Below are positions 51,299-64,000 of a stretch of DNA of 64,000 bases, piece by piece. Source of the DNA: Eledone cirrhosa (lineage: Eukaryota); NCBI GenBank assembly GCA_964016885.1, contig OZ024758.1:31744001-31808000 (forward strand), read 5' to 3'. Positions within the stretch are counted from its first letter, which is position 1. The number at the start of each line of letters is the position of its first letter. Made by a program: the position numbers and the translations under genes. The notes below the pieces were generated by a model that worked only from the letters and a program-made list of their open reading frames with translations, made no database searches and had not been told where the DNA came from.

Positions 51299-53019
51299 AA
51301 TTTCATTTAATATTTATAACATTATATACGTAAGATAGTATTAAATGAATACGTTTACATTTCATTGAATAACATGTAATCATCTTTACAGTTGAGGGTC
51401 ACATCACCCCTCTGATTATGTCTCATATATAATATTGTTAATAATCTATAATTTTAATGACATTTTACACCAATACCTTTTCCATGATATACATTACGAT
51501 TGGGTTGATAAAGGTTTTCCTTTTTCTTCAGTTAATTCACGCATTTTTAATACTTTCATTATTCTACATATTTATGAACGTTAACCCTCATTTCCTCCAA
51601 CTAAGTCTAGGAATTAAATACGTAACATAATCTTAATTCAATATATTGTGTCGTCATAACCATTTATTATATGCTAATTATCAATCCTGTAAATGTTGTA
51701 CATGTGAGTGTGTATGTATATAACGTGCTGAATTGTCACTTCATCATATACCTAATAAGAAGAAGCAATGTAAAAACAGTAATGGTCTGGTTTCTATGTT
51801 GGTATTAACAACCATATCTCCGTTTAATATCTATCTGATATATTTAGAATACAATACATCGTATAATGTAGTCTCAGATATATTATGACAGAAGTGAAGA
51901 TAAGATGTTTTTATAGTTTGAATTCCTTTCAAACTGGATCAGCTCTGTCACGACAGAGAGGGAGATAACAACAACGACTACAGACAGATAAGATTTACTT
52001 TCTTCTAATATCGTTTCAATATTCTATAAAGGAATTCTCTCCATTTATTGTACGTGTATTTCATATTGCTTAAACTCCGAAAACTTACGAAGATCAGAAA
52101 CGGTAATTCTAATTAATCAGATTTTAGTGCTACCTCCCTCACCAAATTTGTTTCGTCCTCATTTTCTCAATAATACATGTTTTTTACCTGAAATCTTTAA
52201 GAGACACAGTTTCGAACATATAGATTACGATTTGTTAGATAGAATTCCTTTAAAAACTATTTATTTATTGTATTTATTAATTTGTTTTCTGTTTTTTAAA
52301 TATAAAAATATTGTGTTTGTATATAAAATCTGTGACATCTCCATTACCTGATAGTGTTTCGACATTTTACCAAAGTATTTGCTCCATTCACTTGAATTAT
52401 ATATCATATTGCTACCAGATCTTAAATTTACAACAGACAGAGAAAGATGATATATATAATTACAGTTATGCACAAATGTTATCTGTACTTTGGAAATGGT
52501 GCATCTGTAAATTCCATGACAAAATATATTCATTATAGAGAAAATAAAGAGGAAGTTAAATTTGGAGGGATGGCATTAAAGTGTAGTTTTGCAGAAAATC
52601 CAATTCTAGTCTGTATAAGTTGTAGGTGTTTAAGAATATGATGTATTTACTGTTCAAATGAAGGGGGCAAAGAATAATTTGGTTAAACAAATTCAGAGCA
52701 GGGAAACATTGATAATTTGTAGTAATTGTTGTTATCTCCCTTTCTTCCTTGGTAGAACAGACCCATGTTGAAAGTCATAACAACATCCAATTTCCAATTC
52801 TGTCACATTGTACCCGAGACTACATTATACAATGTCTTCTTTTCTAAAGACATTAAATATGTAAATACAAATACCATATCGGTATTAATTACGTGACACA
52901 ATTATCAGTTTATTTATTGTGACGTAATAAACTTTTATTATATGCTAATTAGCTATCCTGGAAATTTTGTACAAAGGGCTTAGAGTATGTATATAAAGTA
53001 TTGTTTACCAGAAGCCATT

Positions 53020-53043
53020 GTACTAGCTACGGCAGTACATATT

Positions 53044-53076
<33 letters not shown>

Positions 53077-53128
53077 GGCCCCTGCGCAAGGATGACACGC
53101 AAATTCGTGAAGCGTTCCATATTTTTTT
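53020..53128 (+). ncRNA. RNU6: U6 snRNA (A6 allele)
   Basis: Full U6 sequence with T7. Confidence 0.98.
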
Positions 53129-54788
53129 AATTTCATTTAATATTTATAACAGTATATTCGTAAGATACACATCACCCCATCTGATTATGTCTCATATATA
53201 ATATTGTTAATAATCTATAATTTTAATGACATTTTACACCAATACCTTTTCCATGATATACATTACGATTGGGTTGATAAAGGTTTTCTTTTTTCTACAG
53301 TTAATTCACGTATTTTTAATACTTTCATTATTCTATATATTTGTGAACGTTAACTCTCATTTCCTCCAACTACGTCTAGGAATTAAATACGTAACATAAT
53401 CTTAATTCAATATATTGTGTCGTCATAACCATTTATTATATGCTAATTATCAATCCTGTAAATGTTGTACATGTGAGTGTGTATGTATATAACGTGCTGA
53501 ATTGTCACTTCATCATATACCTAATAAGAAGAAGCAATGTAAAAACAGTAATGGTCTGGTTTCTGTATTGGTATTAACAACCATATCTCCGTTTAATGTC
53601 TATCTGATATGTTTAGAATACAATACATCGTATAATGTAGTCTCAGATATATTATGACAGAAGTGAAGATAAGATGTTTTTATAGTTTGAATTCCTTTCA
53701 AACTGGATCAGCTCTGTCACGACAGAGAGGGAGATAACAACAACGACTACAGACAGATAAGATTTACTTTCTTCTAATATCGTTTCAATATTCTATAAAG
53801 GAATTCTCTCCATTTATTGTACGTGTATTTCATATTGCTTAAACTCCGAAAACTTACGAAGATCAGAAACGGTAATTCTAATTAATCAGATTTTAGTGCT
53901 ACCTCCCTCACCAAATTTGTTTCGTCCTCATTTTCTCAATAATACATGTTTTTTACCTGAAATCTTTAAGAGACACAGTTTCGAACATATAGATTACGAT
54001 TTGTTAGATAGAATTCCTTTAAAAACTATTTATTTATTGTATTTATTAATTTGTTTTCTGTTTTTTAAATATAAAAATATTGTGTTTGTATATAAAATCT
54101 GTGACATCTCCATTACCTGATAGTGTTTCGACATTTTACCAAAGTATTTGCTCCATTCACTTGAATTATATATCATATTGCTACCAGATCTTAAATTTAC
54201 AACAGACAGAGAAAGATGATATATATAATTACAGTTATGCACAAATGTTATCTGTACTTTGGAAATGGTGCATCTGTAAATTCCATGACAAAATATATTC
54301 ATTATAGAGAAAATAAAGAGGAAGTTAAATTTGGAGGGATGGCATTAAAGTGTAGTTTTGCAGAAAATCCAATTCTAGTCTGTATAAGTTGTAGGTGTTT
54401 AAGAATATGATGTATTTACTGTTCAAATGAAGGGGGCAAAGAATAATTTGGTTAAACAAATTCAGAGCAGGGAAACATTGATAATTTGTAGTAATTGTTG
54501 TTATCTCCCTTTCTTCCTTGGTAGAACAGACCCATGTTGAAAGTCATAACAACATCCAATTTCCAATTCTGTCACATTGTACCCGAGACTACATTATACA
54601 ATGTCTTCTTTTCTAAAGACATTAAATATGTAAATACAAATACCATATCGGTATTAATTACGTGACACAATTATCAGTTTATTTATTGTGACGTAATAAA
54701 CTTTTATTATATGCTAATTAGCTATCCTGGAAATTTTGTACAAAGGGCTTAGAGTATGTATATAAAGTATTGTTTACCAGAAGCCATT

Positions 54789-54812
54789 GTACTAGCTACG
54801 GCAGTACATATT

Positions 54813-54845
<33 letters not shown>

Positions 54846-54897
54846 GGCCCCTGCGCAAGGATGACACGCAAATTCGTGAAGCGTTCCATATTTTTTT
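54789..54897 (+). ncRNA. RNU6: U6 snRNA (A6 allele)
   Basis: Full U6 sequence with T7. Confidence 0.98.
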
Positions 54898-55557
54898 AAT
54901 TTCATTTAATATTTATAACAGTATATTCGTAAGATACACATCACCCCATCTGATTATGTCTCATATATAATATTGTTAATAATCTATAATTTTAATGACA
55001 TTTTACACCAATACCTTTTCCATGATATACATTACGATTGGGTTGATAAAGGTTTTCTTTTTTCTTCAGTTAATTCACGTATTTTTAATACTTTCATTAT
55101 TCTATATATTTGTGAACGTTAACTCTCATTTCCTCCAACTACGTCTAGGAATTAAATACGTAACATAATCTTAATTCAATATATTGTGTCGTCATAACCA
55201 TTTATTATATGCTAATTATCAATCCTGTAAATGTTGTACATGTGAGTGTGTATGTATATAACGTGCTGAATTGTCACTTCATCATATACCTAATAAGAAG
55301 AAGCAATGTAAAAACAGTAATGGTCTGGTTTCTATGTTGGTATTAACAACCTTATCTCCGTTTAATGTCTATCTGATATCTTTAGAATACAATACATCGT
55401 ATAATGTAGTCTCAGATATATTATGACAGAAGTGAAGATAAGATGTTTTTATTGTTTGAACTCTTTTCAAACTGGATCAGCTCTCTCACGACAGAGAGGG
55501 AGATAACAACAACGACTACAGACAGATAAGATTTACTTTCTTCTAATATCGTTTCAA

Positions 55558-56643
55558 TCTATATATATAAAACTGTGGTTGTCTGTCTGTCTATCGATTT
55601 TTGGCACACATCTCCTCTTAGAATCTCTCACGGAATTGCACCGAAATTGCTATACTTGTACATTGAGCCCTAGCGAAGACATCGGAAAAAAAAAATTTCA
55701 AATTGACCCACCCTATGTCACGAAATCGAATATAATGTATCGATTTTTGAGCGTAAGTTATCAGTTATTTCCCTTTGTTCTGTTTACATTGAGCGTCTTA
55801 CGTAAAAAATTACGCTGGCTTTCTCAGCGTTCGAGCCAGCAAAATATTGACCTGCAAAGTTCATCAGTTCGAACACTAAGCTTCCGTTTTGCTTCATTTC
55901 CATTTAAAAGCATTTTAAAACAATATTTTTACTTGAAAACAAGTCTATTTAAAGACTACGTAAAACAAGCAAATATTTCAGGCGTGCAGACAGATAGTCG
56001 TGCAGAGAGGTGATATAGGCGTGCAGACAGACATAACTGATAATTTGGTTACGCTAATGTTTTTCTCTGCGTTGCAGTGTTTACATTTTCGATCTTTGTT
56101 AATAAATAACCAGTGCAGTTTTTATCCCCAGCATCCTCTTTTATTATAACATTCGGGTTATCGTTATGTTTTCTTAACTTCATAAGGCATATTGTTGGTT
56201 GAGGGAATATTAATCAAAAACACCACATGCAAGTCTGCACAGTAGACACTACAGTTTTTAAGCCAAAAAAGAAACTTAACATTGTAACTTTAACACAGCT
56301 ACTGAGCGACCCCGAGCAACGCCGGGCTTTACTGCTAGTAACTGATAATTTGGTTACGCTAATGTTTTTCTCTGCGTTGCAGTGTTTACATTTTCGATCT
56401 TTGTTAATAAATAACCAGTGCAGTTTCTATCCCCAGCATCCTCTTTTGTTATAACATTTGGGTTATCGTTATGTTTTCTTAACTTCATAAGGCATATTGT
56501 TGGTTGAGGGAATATTAATCAAAAACACCACATGCAAGTCTGCACAGTAGACACTACAGTTTTTAAGCCAAGAAAGAAACTTAACATTGTAACTTTAACA
56601 CAGCTACTGAGCGACACCGAGCAACGCCGGGCTTTACTGCTAG
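55558..56643 (+). mobile_element. Non-autonomous Helitron with a duplicated 305-nt 3' end
   Basis: Inserted between A and T of GTTTCAA|TATTC (empty in other units); 5' TC, 3' CTAG, CCGAGCAACGCCGG hairpin, no TSD. Confidence 0.93.
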
Positions 56644-57635
56644 TATTCTATAAAGGAATTCTCTCCATTTATTGTAAGTGTATTTCAAATTGCTTAAACT
56701 CCGAAAACTTACGAAGATCAGAAACGGCATTTATGATTCACCAGATTTTAGTTAGTGCTACCTCCCTCACCAAATTTGTTTCGTCCTCATTTTCTCAATA
56801 ATACATCTTTTTTACCTGAAATCTTTCAGAGTGACAGTTTCGAACATATAGATTACGATTTGTTAGATAGATTTCCTTTCAAAACTATTTATTTATTGTA
56901 TTTATTAATTTGTTTTTTGTTTTTTAAATATAAAAATATTGTGTTTGTATATAAAATCTGTCACATCATTATTACCTGATAGTGTTTCGACATTTTCTCA
57001 AAGTGTTTGCTCCTTTCACTTGAATTATATATCATATTGCTACCAGATCTTAAATTTACAACAGACAGAGAATGATGATATATATAATTACAGTTATGCA
57101 CAAATGTTATCTGTACTTTGGAAATGGTGCATCTGTAAATTCCATGACAAAATATATTCATTATAGAGAAAATAAAGAGGAAGTTAAATTTGGAGGGATG
57201 GCATTAAAGTGTAGTTTTGCAGAAAATCCAATTCTAGTCTGTATAAGTTGTAGGAGTTTAAGGAATATGATGTATTTATAGTTTAAATGAAGAGGGCAAA
57301 GAATAACTTGGTTAAACAACTTCAGAGCAGGGAAACATTGATAATTTGTAGTAATTGTTGTTATCTCCCTTTCTTCCTTGATAGAACAGACCCATGTTGA
57401 ATGTCATAACAACATCCAATTTCCAATTCTGTCATATTGTACCCGAGACTACATTATACAATGTATTCTTTTCTAAAGACAATAAATATGTAAATACAAA
57501 TGCCATATCGCTATTAATTACGTGACACAATCATCAGTTTATATATTGTGACGTAATAAACTTTTATCATATGCTAATTAGCTATCCTAGACATTTTGTA
57601 CAAAGGGGTTAGAGTATGTATATAAAATGTTGTTT

Positions 57636-57812
57636 CTACTTTAGGCACAAGGCCAGCAATTATCCAGTGCATTACTGGTACTTTATTTTATCGACCCCGT
57701 AAGGATGAAAGGCAAAGTCAACCTCGGCGGGATTTGAACTCAGATCGTAAAGGGACGTAACTATGCTGGAAAGCATGGCGTCCGACCCTCTACCGATACT
57801 GCCAATCCACCG
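57636..57812 (-). mobile_element. Family B SINE at the U6 TATA box (same insertion allele as 49150)
   Basis: TSD at 57621-57635 and 57813-57827. Confidence 0.95.
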
Positions 57813-57840
57813 TATAAAATGTTGTTTACCAGAAGCTATT

Positions 57841-57864
57841 GTACTCGCTACGGCAGTACATATT

Positions 57865-57897
<33 letters not shown>

Positions 57898-57949
57898 GGC
57901 CCCTGCGCAAGGATGACTCGCAAATTCGTGAAGCGTTCCATATTTTTTT
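57841..57949 (+). ncRNA. RNU6: U6 snRNA (C6 allele, A78U variant; promoter interrupted by a SINE)
   Basis: GGATGACTCG instead of GGATGACACG. Confidence 0.88.
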
Positions 57950-59659
57950 AATTTCATGTAATATTTATAACATAATATTCGTAAGATAGTATTAAATGAA
58001 TACGTTTACATTTCATTGAATAACATGTAATCATTTTTACAGTTGAGGGTCACATCACCCCATCTGATTATGTCTCATATATAATATTGTTAATAATCTA
58101 TAATTTTAATGACATTTTACACCAATACCTTTTCCATGATATACATTACAATTAGGTTGATAAAGGTTTTATTTTTTCTTCAGTTAATTCACGTATTTTT
58201 AATACTTTCATTATTCTATATATTTATGAACGTTAAATCTCATTTCCTCCAACTACGTCTAGGAATTAAATACGTAACATAATCTTAATTCAATATATTG
58301 TGTCGTCATAACCATTTATTATATGCTAATTATCAATCCTGTAAATGTTGTACATGTGAGTGTGTATGTATATAACGTGCTGAATTGTCACTTCATCATA
58401 TACCTAATAAGAAGAAGCAATGTAAAAACAGTAATGGTCTGGTTTCTGTATTGGTATTAACAACCATATCTCCGTTTAATGTCTATCTGATATCTTTAGA
58501 ATACAATACATCGTATAATGTAGTCTCAGATATATTATGACAGAAGTGAAGATAAGATGTTTTTATAGTTTGAATTCCTTTCAAACTGGATCAGCTCTGT
58601 CACGAAAGAGAGGGAGATAACAACAACGACTACAGACAGATAAGATTTACTTTCTTCTAATATCGTTTCAATATTCTATAAAGGTATTCTCTCCATTTAT
58701 TGTACGTGTATTTCATATTGCTTAAACTCCGAAAACTTACGAAGATCAGAAACGGTAATTCTAATTAATCAGATTTTAGTGCTACCTCCCTCACCAAATT
58801 TGTTTCGTCCTCATTTTCTCAATAATACATGTTTTTTACCTGAAATCTTTCAGAGACACAGTTTCGAACATATAGATTACGATTTGTTCGATAGATTTCC
58901 TTTAAAAACTATTTATTTATCGTATTTATTAATTTGTTTTCTGTTTTTTAAATATAAAAATATTGTGTTTGTATATAAAATCTGTGACATCACCATTACC
59001 TGATAGTGTTTAGACATTTTCTCAAAGTATTTGCTCCATTTACTTGAATTATATATCATATTGCTACCAGATCTTAAATTTACAACAGACAGAGAAAGAT
59101 GATATATATTATTACAGTTATGCACAAATGTTATCTGTACTTTAGAAATGGTGCATATGTAAATTCCATGACAAAATATATTCATTATAGAGAAAATAAA
59201 GAGGAAGTTAAATTTGGAGGGATGGCATTAAAGTGTAGTTTTGCAGAAAATCCAATTCTAGTCTGTATAAGTTGTAGGAGTTTAAGGAATATGATGTATT
59301 TATAGTTTAAATGAAGAGGGCAAAGAATAACTTGGTTAAACAACTTCAGAGCAGGGAAACATTGATAATTTGTAGTAATTGTTGTTATCTCCCTTTCTTC
59401 CTTGATAGAACAGACCCATGTTGAATGTCATAACAACATCCAATTTCCAATTCTGTCATATTGTACCCGAGACTACATTATACAATGTATTCTTTTCTAA
59501 AGACAATAAATATGTAAATACAAATGCCATATCGCTATTAATTACGTGACACAATCATCAGTTTATATATTGTGACGTAATAAACTTTTATCATATGCTA
59601 ATTAGCTATCCTAGACATTTTGTACAAAGGGGTTAGAGTATGTATATAAAATGTTGTTT

Positions 59660-59836
59660 CTACTTTAGGCACAAGGCCAGCAATTATCCAGTGCATTACT
59701 GGTACTTTATTTTATCGACCCCGTAAGGATGAAAGGCAAAGTCAACCTCGGCGGGATTTGAACTCAGATCGTAAAGGGACGTAACTATGCTGGAAAGCAT
59801 GGCGTCCGACCCTCTACCGATACTGCCAATCCACCG
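59660..59836 (-). mobile_element. Family B SINE at the U6 TATA box (same insertion allele)
   Basis: TSD at 59645-59659 and 59837-59851. Confidence 0.95.
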
Positions 59837-59864
59837 TATAAAATGTTGTTTACCAGAAGCTATT

Positions 59865-59888
59865 GTACTCGCTACGGCAGTACATATT

Positions 59889-59921
<33 letters not shown>

Positions 59922-59973
59922 GGCCCCTGCGCAAGGATGACACGCAAATTCGTGAAGCGTTCCATATTTTTTT
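59865..59973 (+). ncRNA. RNU6: U6 snRNA (C6 allele; promoter interrupted by a SINE)
   Basis: Full U6 sequence with T7. Confidence 0.92.
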
Positions 59974-61695
59974 AATTTCATGTAATATTTATAACATAAT
60001 ATTCGTAAGATAGTATTAAATGAATACGTTTACATTTCATTGAATAACATGTAATCATTTTTACAGTTGAGGGTCACATCACCCCATCTGATTATGTCTC
60101 ATATATAATATTGTTAATAATCTATAATTTTAATGACATTTTACACCAATACCTTTTCCATGATATACATTACAATTAGGTTGATAAAGGTTTTATTTTT
60201 TCTTCAGTTAATTCACGTATTTTTAATACTTTCATTATTCTATATATTTATGAACGTTAAATCTCATTTCCTCCAACTACGTCTAGGAATTAAATACGTA
60301 ACATAATCTTAATTCAATATATTGTGTCGTCATAACCATTTATTATATGCTAATTATCAATCCTGTAAATGTTGTACATGTGAGTGTGTATGTATATAAC
60401 GTGCTGAATTGTCACTTCATCATATACCTAATAAGAAGAAGCAATGTAAAAACAGTAATGGTCTGGTTTCTGTATTGGTATTAACAACCATATCTCCGTT
60501 TAATGTCTATCTGATATCTTTAGAATACAATACATCGTATAATGTAGTCTCAGATATATTATGACAGAAGTGAAGATAAGATGTTTTTATAGTTTGAATT
60601 CCTTTCAAACTGGATCAGCTCTGTCACGAAAGAGAGGGAGATAACAACAACGACTACAGACAGATAAGATTTACTTTCTTCTAATATCGTTTCAATATTC
60701 TATAAAGGTATTCTCTCCATTTATTGTACGTGTATTTCATATTGCTTAAACTCCGAAAACTTACGAAGATCAGAAACGGTAATTCTAATTAATCAGATTT
60801 TAGTGCTACCTCCCTCACCAAATTTGTTTCGTCCTCATTTTCTCAATAATACATGTTTTTTACCTGAAATCTTTCAGAGACACAGTTTCGAACATATAGA
60901 TTACGATTTGTTCGATAGATTTCCTTTAAAAACTATTTATTTATCGTATTTATTAATTTGTTTTCTGTTTTTTAAATATAAAAATATTGTGTTTGTATAT
61001 AAAATCTGTGACATCACCATTACCTGATAGTGTTTAGACATTTTCTCAAAGTATTTGCTCCATTTACTTGAATTATATATCATATTGCTACCAGATCTTA
61101 AATTTACAACAGACAGAGAAAGATGATATATATTATTACAGTTATGCACAAATGTTATCTGTACTTTAGAAATGGTGCATATGTAAATTCCATGACAAAA
61201 TATATTCATTATAGAGAAAATAAAGAGGAAGTTAAATTTGGAGGGATGGCATTAAAGTGTAGTTTTGCAGAAAATCCAATTCTAATCTGTATAAGCTGTA
61301 GGAGTTTAAGGAATATGATGTATTTATAGTTTAAATGAAGGGGGCAAAGAATAACTTGGTTAAACAACTTCAGAGCAGGAAACATTGATAATTTGTAGTA
61401 ATTGTTGTTATCTCCCTTTCTTCCTTGGTAGAACAGACCCATGTTGAAAGTCATAACAACATCCAATTTCCAATTCTGTCATATTGTACCCGAGACTACA
61501 TTATACAATGTCTTCTTTTCTAAAGACAATAAATATGTAAATACAAATGCCATATCACTATTAATTACGTGACACAATCATCAGTTTATTTATTGTGACG
61601 TAATAAACTTTTATCATATGCTAATTCGCTATCCTAGAAATTTTGTACAAAGGGGTTAGAGTATGTATATAAAGTGTTGTTTACCAGAAGCCATT

Positions 61696-61719
61696 GTACT
61701 AGCTACGGCAGTACATATT

Positions 61720-61752
<33 letters not shown>

Positions 61753-61804
61753 GGCCCCTGCGCAAGGATGACACGCAAATTCGTGAAGCGTTCCATATTT
61801 TTTT
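61696..61804 (+). ncRNA. RNU6: U6 snRNA (A6 allele)
   Basis: Full U6 sequence with T7. Confidence 0.98.
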
Positions 61805-63530
61805 AATTTCATTTAATATTTATAACATTATATACGTAAGATAGTATTAAATGAATACGTGTACATTTCATTGAATAACATGTAATCATTTTTACAGTTG
61901 AGGGTCACATCACCCCATCTGATTATGTCTCATATATAATATTGTTAATAATCTATAATTTTAATGACATTTTACACCAATACCTTTTCCATGATATACA
62001 TTACGATTGGGTTGATAAAGGTTTTCCTTTTTCTTCAGTTAATTCACGCATTTTTAATACTTTCATTATTCTACATATTTATGAACGTCAACTCTCATTT
62101 CCTCCAACTACATCTAGGAATTAAATACGTAGCATAATCTTAATTCAATATATTGTGTCGTCATAACCATTTATTATATGCTAATTATCAATCCTGTAAA
62201 TGTTGTACATGTGAGTGTGTATGTATATAACGTGCTGAATTGTCACTTCATCATATGCCTAATAAGAAGAAGCAATGTAAAAACAGTAATGGTCTGGTTT
62301 CTATGTTGGTGTTAACAACCATATCTCCGTTTAATGTCTATCTGATATCTTTAGAATACAATACATCGTATAATGTAGTCTCAGATATATTATGACAGAA
62401 GTGAAGATAAGATGTTTTTATTGTTTGAACTCTTTTCAAACTGGATCAGCTCTCTCACGACAGAGAGGGAGATAACAACAACGACTACAGACAGATAAGA
62501 TTTACTTTCTTCTAATATCGTTTCAATATTCTATAAAGGTATTCTCTCCATTTATTGTAAGTGTATTTCATATTGCTTAAACTCCGAAAACTTACGAAGA
62601 TCAGAAACGGTATTTATGATTCACCAGATTTTAGTTAGTGCTACCTCCCTCACCAAATTTGTTTCGTCCTCATTTTCTCAATAATACATGTTTTTTACCT
62701 GAAATCTTTCAGAGACACAGTTTCGAACATATAGATTACGATTTGTTCGATAGATTTCCTTAAAAAACTATTTATTTATCGTATTTATTAATTTGTTTTC
62801 TGTTTTTTAAATATAAAAATATTGTGTTTGTATATAAAATCTGTGACATCACCATTACCTGATAGTGTTTAGACATTTTCTCAAAGTATTTGCTCCATTT
62901 ACTTGAATTATATATCATATTGCTACCAGATCTTAAATTTACAACAGACAGAGAAAGATGATATATATTATTACAGTTATGCACAAATGTTATCTGTACT
63001 TTAGAAATGGTGCATATGTAAATTCCATGACAAAATATATTCATTATAGAGAAAATAAAGAGGAAGTTAAATTTGGAGGGATGGCATTAAAGTGTAGTTT
63101 TGCAGAAAATCCAATTCTAATCTGTATAAGCTGTAGGAGTTTAAGGAATATGATGTATTTATAGTTTAAATGAAGGGGGCAAAGAATAACTTGGTTAAAC
63201 AACTTCAGAGCAGGAAACATTGATAATTTGTAGTAATTGTTGTTATCTCCCTTTCTTCCTTGGTAGAACAGACCCATGTTGAAAGTCATAACAACATCCA
63301 ATTTCCAATTCTGTCATATTGTACCCGAGACTACATTATACAATGTATTCTTTTCTAAAGACAATAAATATGTAAATACAAATGCCATATCACTATTAAT
63401 TACGTGACACAATCATCAGTTTATTTATTGTGACGTAATAAACTTTTATCATATGCTAATTCGCTATCCTAGAAATTTTGTACAAAGAGGTTAGAGTATG
63501 TATATAAAGTGTTGTTTACCAGAAGCCATT

Positions 63531-63554
63531 GTACTAGCTACGGCAGTACATATT

Positions 63555-63587
<33 letters not shown>

Positions 63588-63639
63588 GGCCCCTGCGCAA
63601 GGATGACACGCAAATTCGTGAAGCGTTCCATATTTTTTT
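63531..63639 (+). ncRNA. RNU6: U6 snRNA (A6 allele)
   Basis: Full U6 sequence with T7. Confidence 0.98.
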
Positions 63640-64000
63640 AATTTCATTTAATATTTATAACATTATATACGTAAGATAGTATTAAATGAATACGTGTACA
63701 TTTCATTGAATAACATGTAATCATTTTTACAGTTGAGGGTCACATCACCCCATCTGATTATGTCTCATATATAATATTGTTAATAATCTATAATTTTAAT
63801 GACATTTTACACCAATACCTTTTCCATGATATACATTACGATTGGGTTGATAAAGGTTTTCCTTTTTCTTCAGTTAATTCACGCATTTTTAATACTTTCA
63901 TTATTCTACATATTTATGAACGTTAACTCTCATTTCCTCCAACTACATCTAGGAATTAAATACGTAACATAATCTTAATTCAATATATTGTGTCGTCATA

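Larger units (their letters stand above)
32980..64000. repeat. U6 snRNA tandem gene array, unit about 1.77-1.83 kb; the leftmost unit is inverted; continues past the window end
   Basis: U6 start-to-start distances 1766, 1827, 1827, 1769, 1767, 1831, 1963, 1835, 1830, 1769, 3052, 2024, 1831, 1835. Confidence 0.98.

Noticed and set aside
55579-56013. 144-aa ORF inside the Helitron
   Set aside because: Non-ATG start and no Rep/helicase motifs or other recognisable homology
33951-63301. Recurrent 60-90 aa ORFs in the U6 spacer and overlapping U6
   Set aside because: They recur only because the unit is repeated; starts, stops and frames vary between units; no recognisable domain

Overview
AT-rich animal genomic DNA. 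The SINE/LINE repertoire suggests a coleoid cephalopod such as an octopus; this is inference. Bases 1-2576 are a simple satellite. Bases 3658-29240 hold the last 15 coding exons of a UBA2/SAE2 gene (SUMO-activating enzyme subunit 2) on the + strand; its 5' exons are not seen in this window. The introns carry tRNA-derived SINEs, RTE and CR1-like LINE fragments, TTAA-flanked piggyBac-type elements, a Helitron, fold-back elements and one RTE LINE with an intact 1039-aa ORF that has a PHD-like finger inside the RT. From about 33 kb to the window end lies a tandem array of U6 snRNA genes with a unit of about 1.77-1.83 kb: 15 full-length + strand copies, one inverted copy and one truncated pseudogene at the inversion junction. 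Each complete + strand unit also holds a second, diverged copy of the U6 promoter that precedes a non-U6 sequence of about 165 nt ending in T5, a candidate unannotated Pol III RNA. Three units carry a SINE inserted at the U6 TATA box, and one carries a Helitron.
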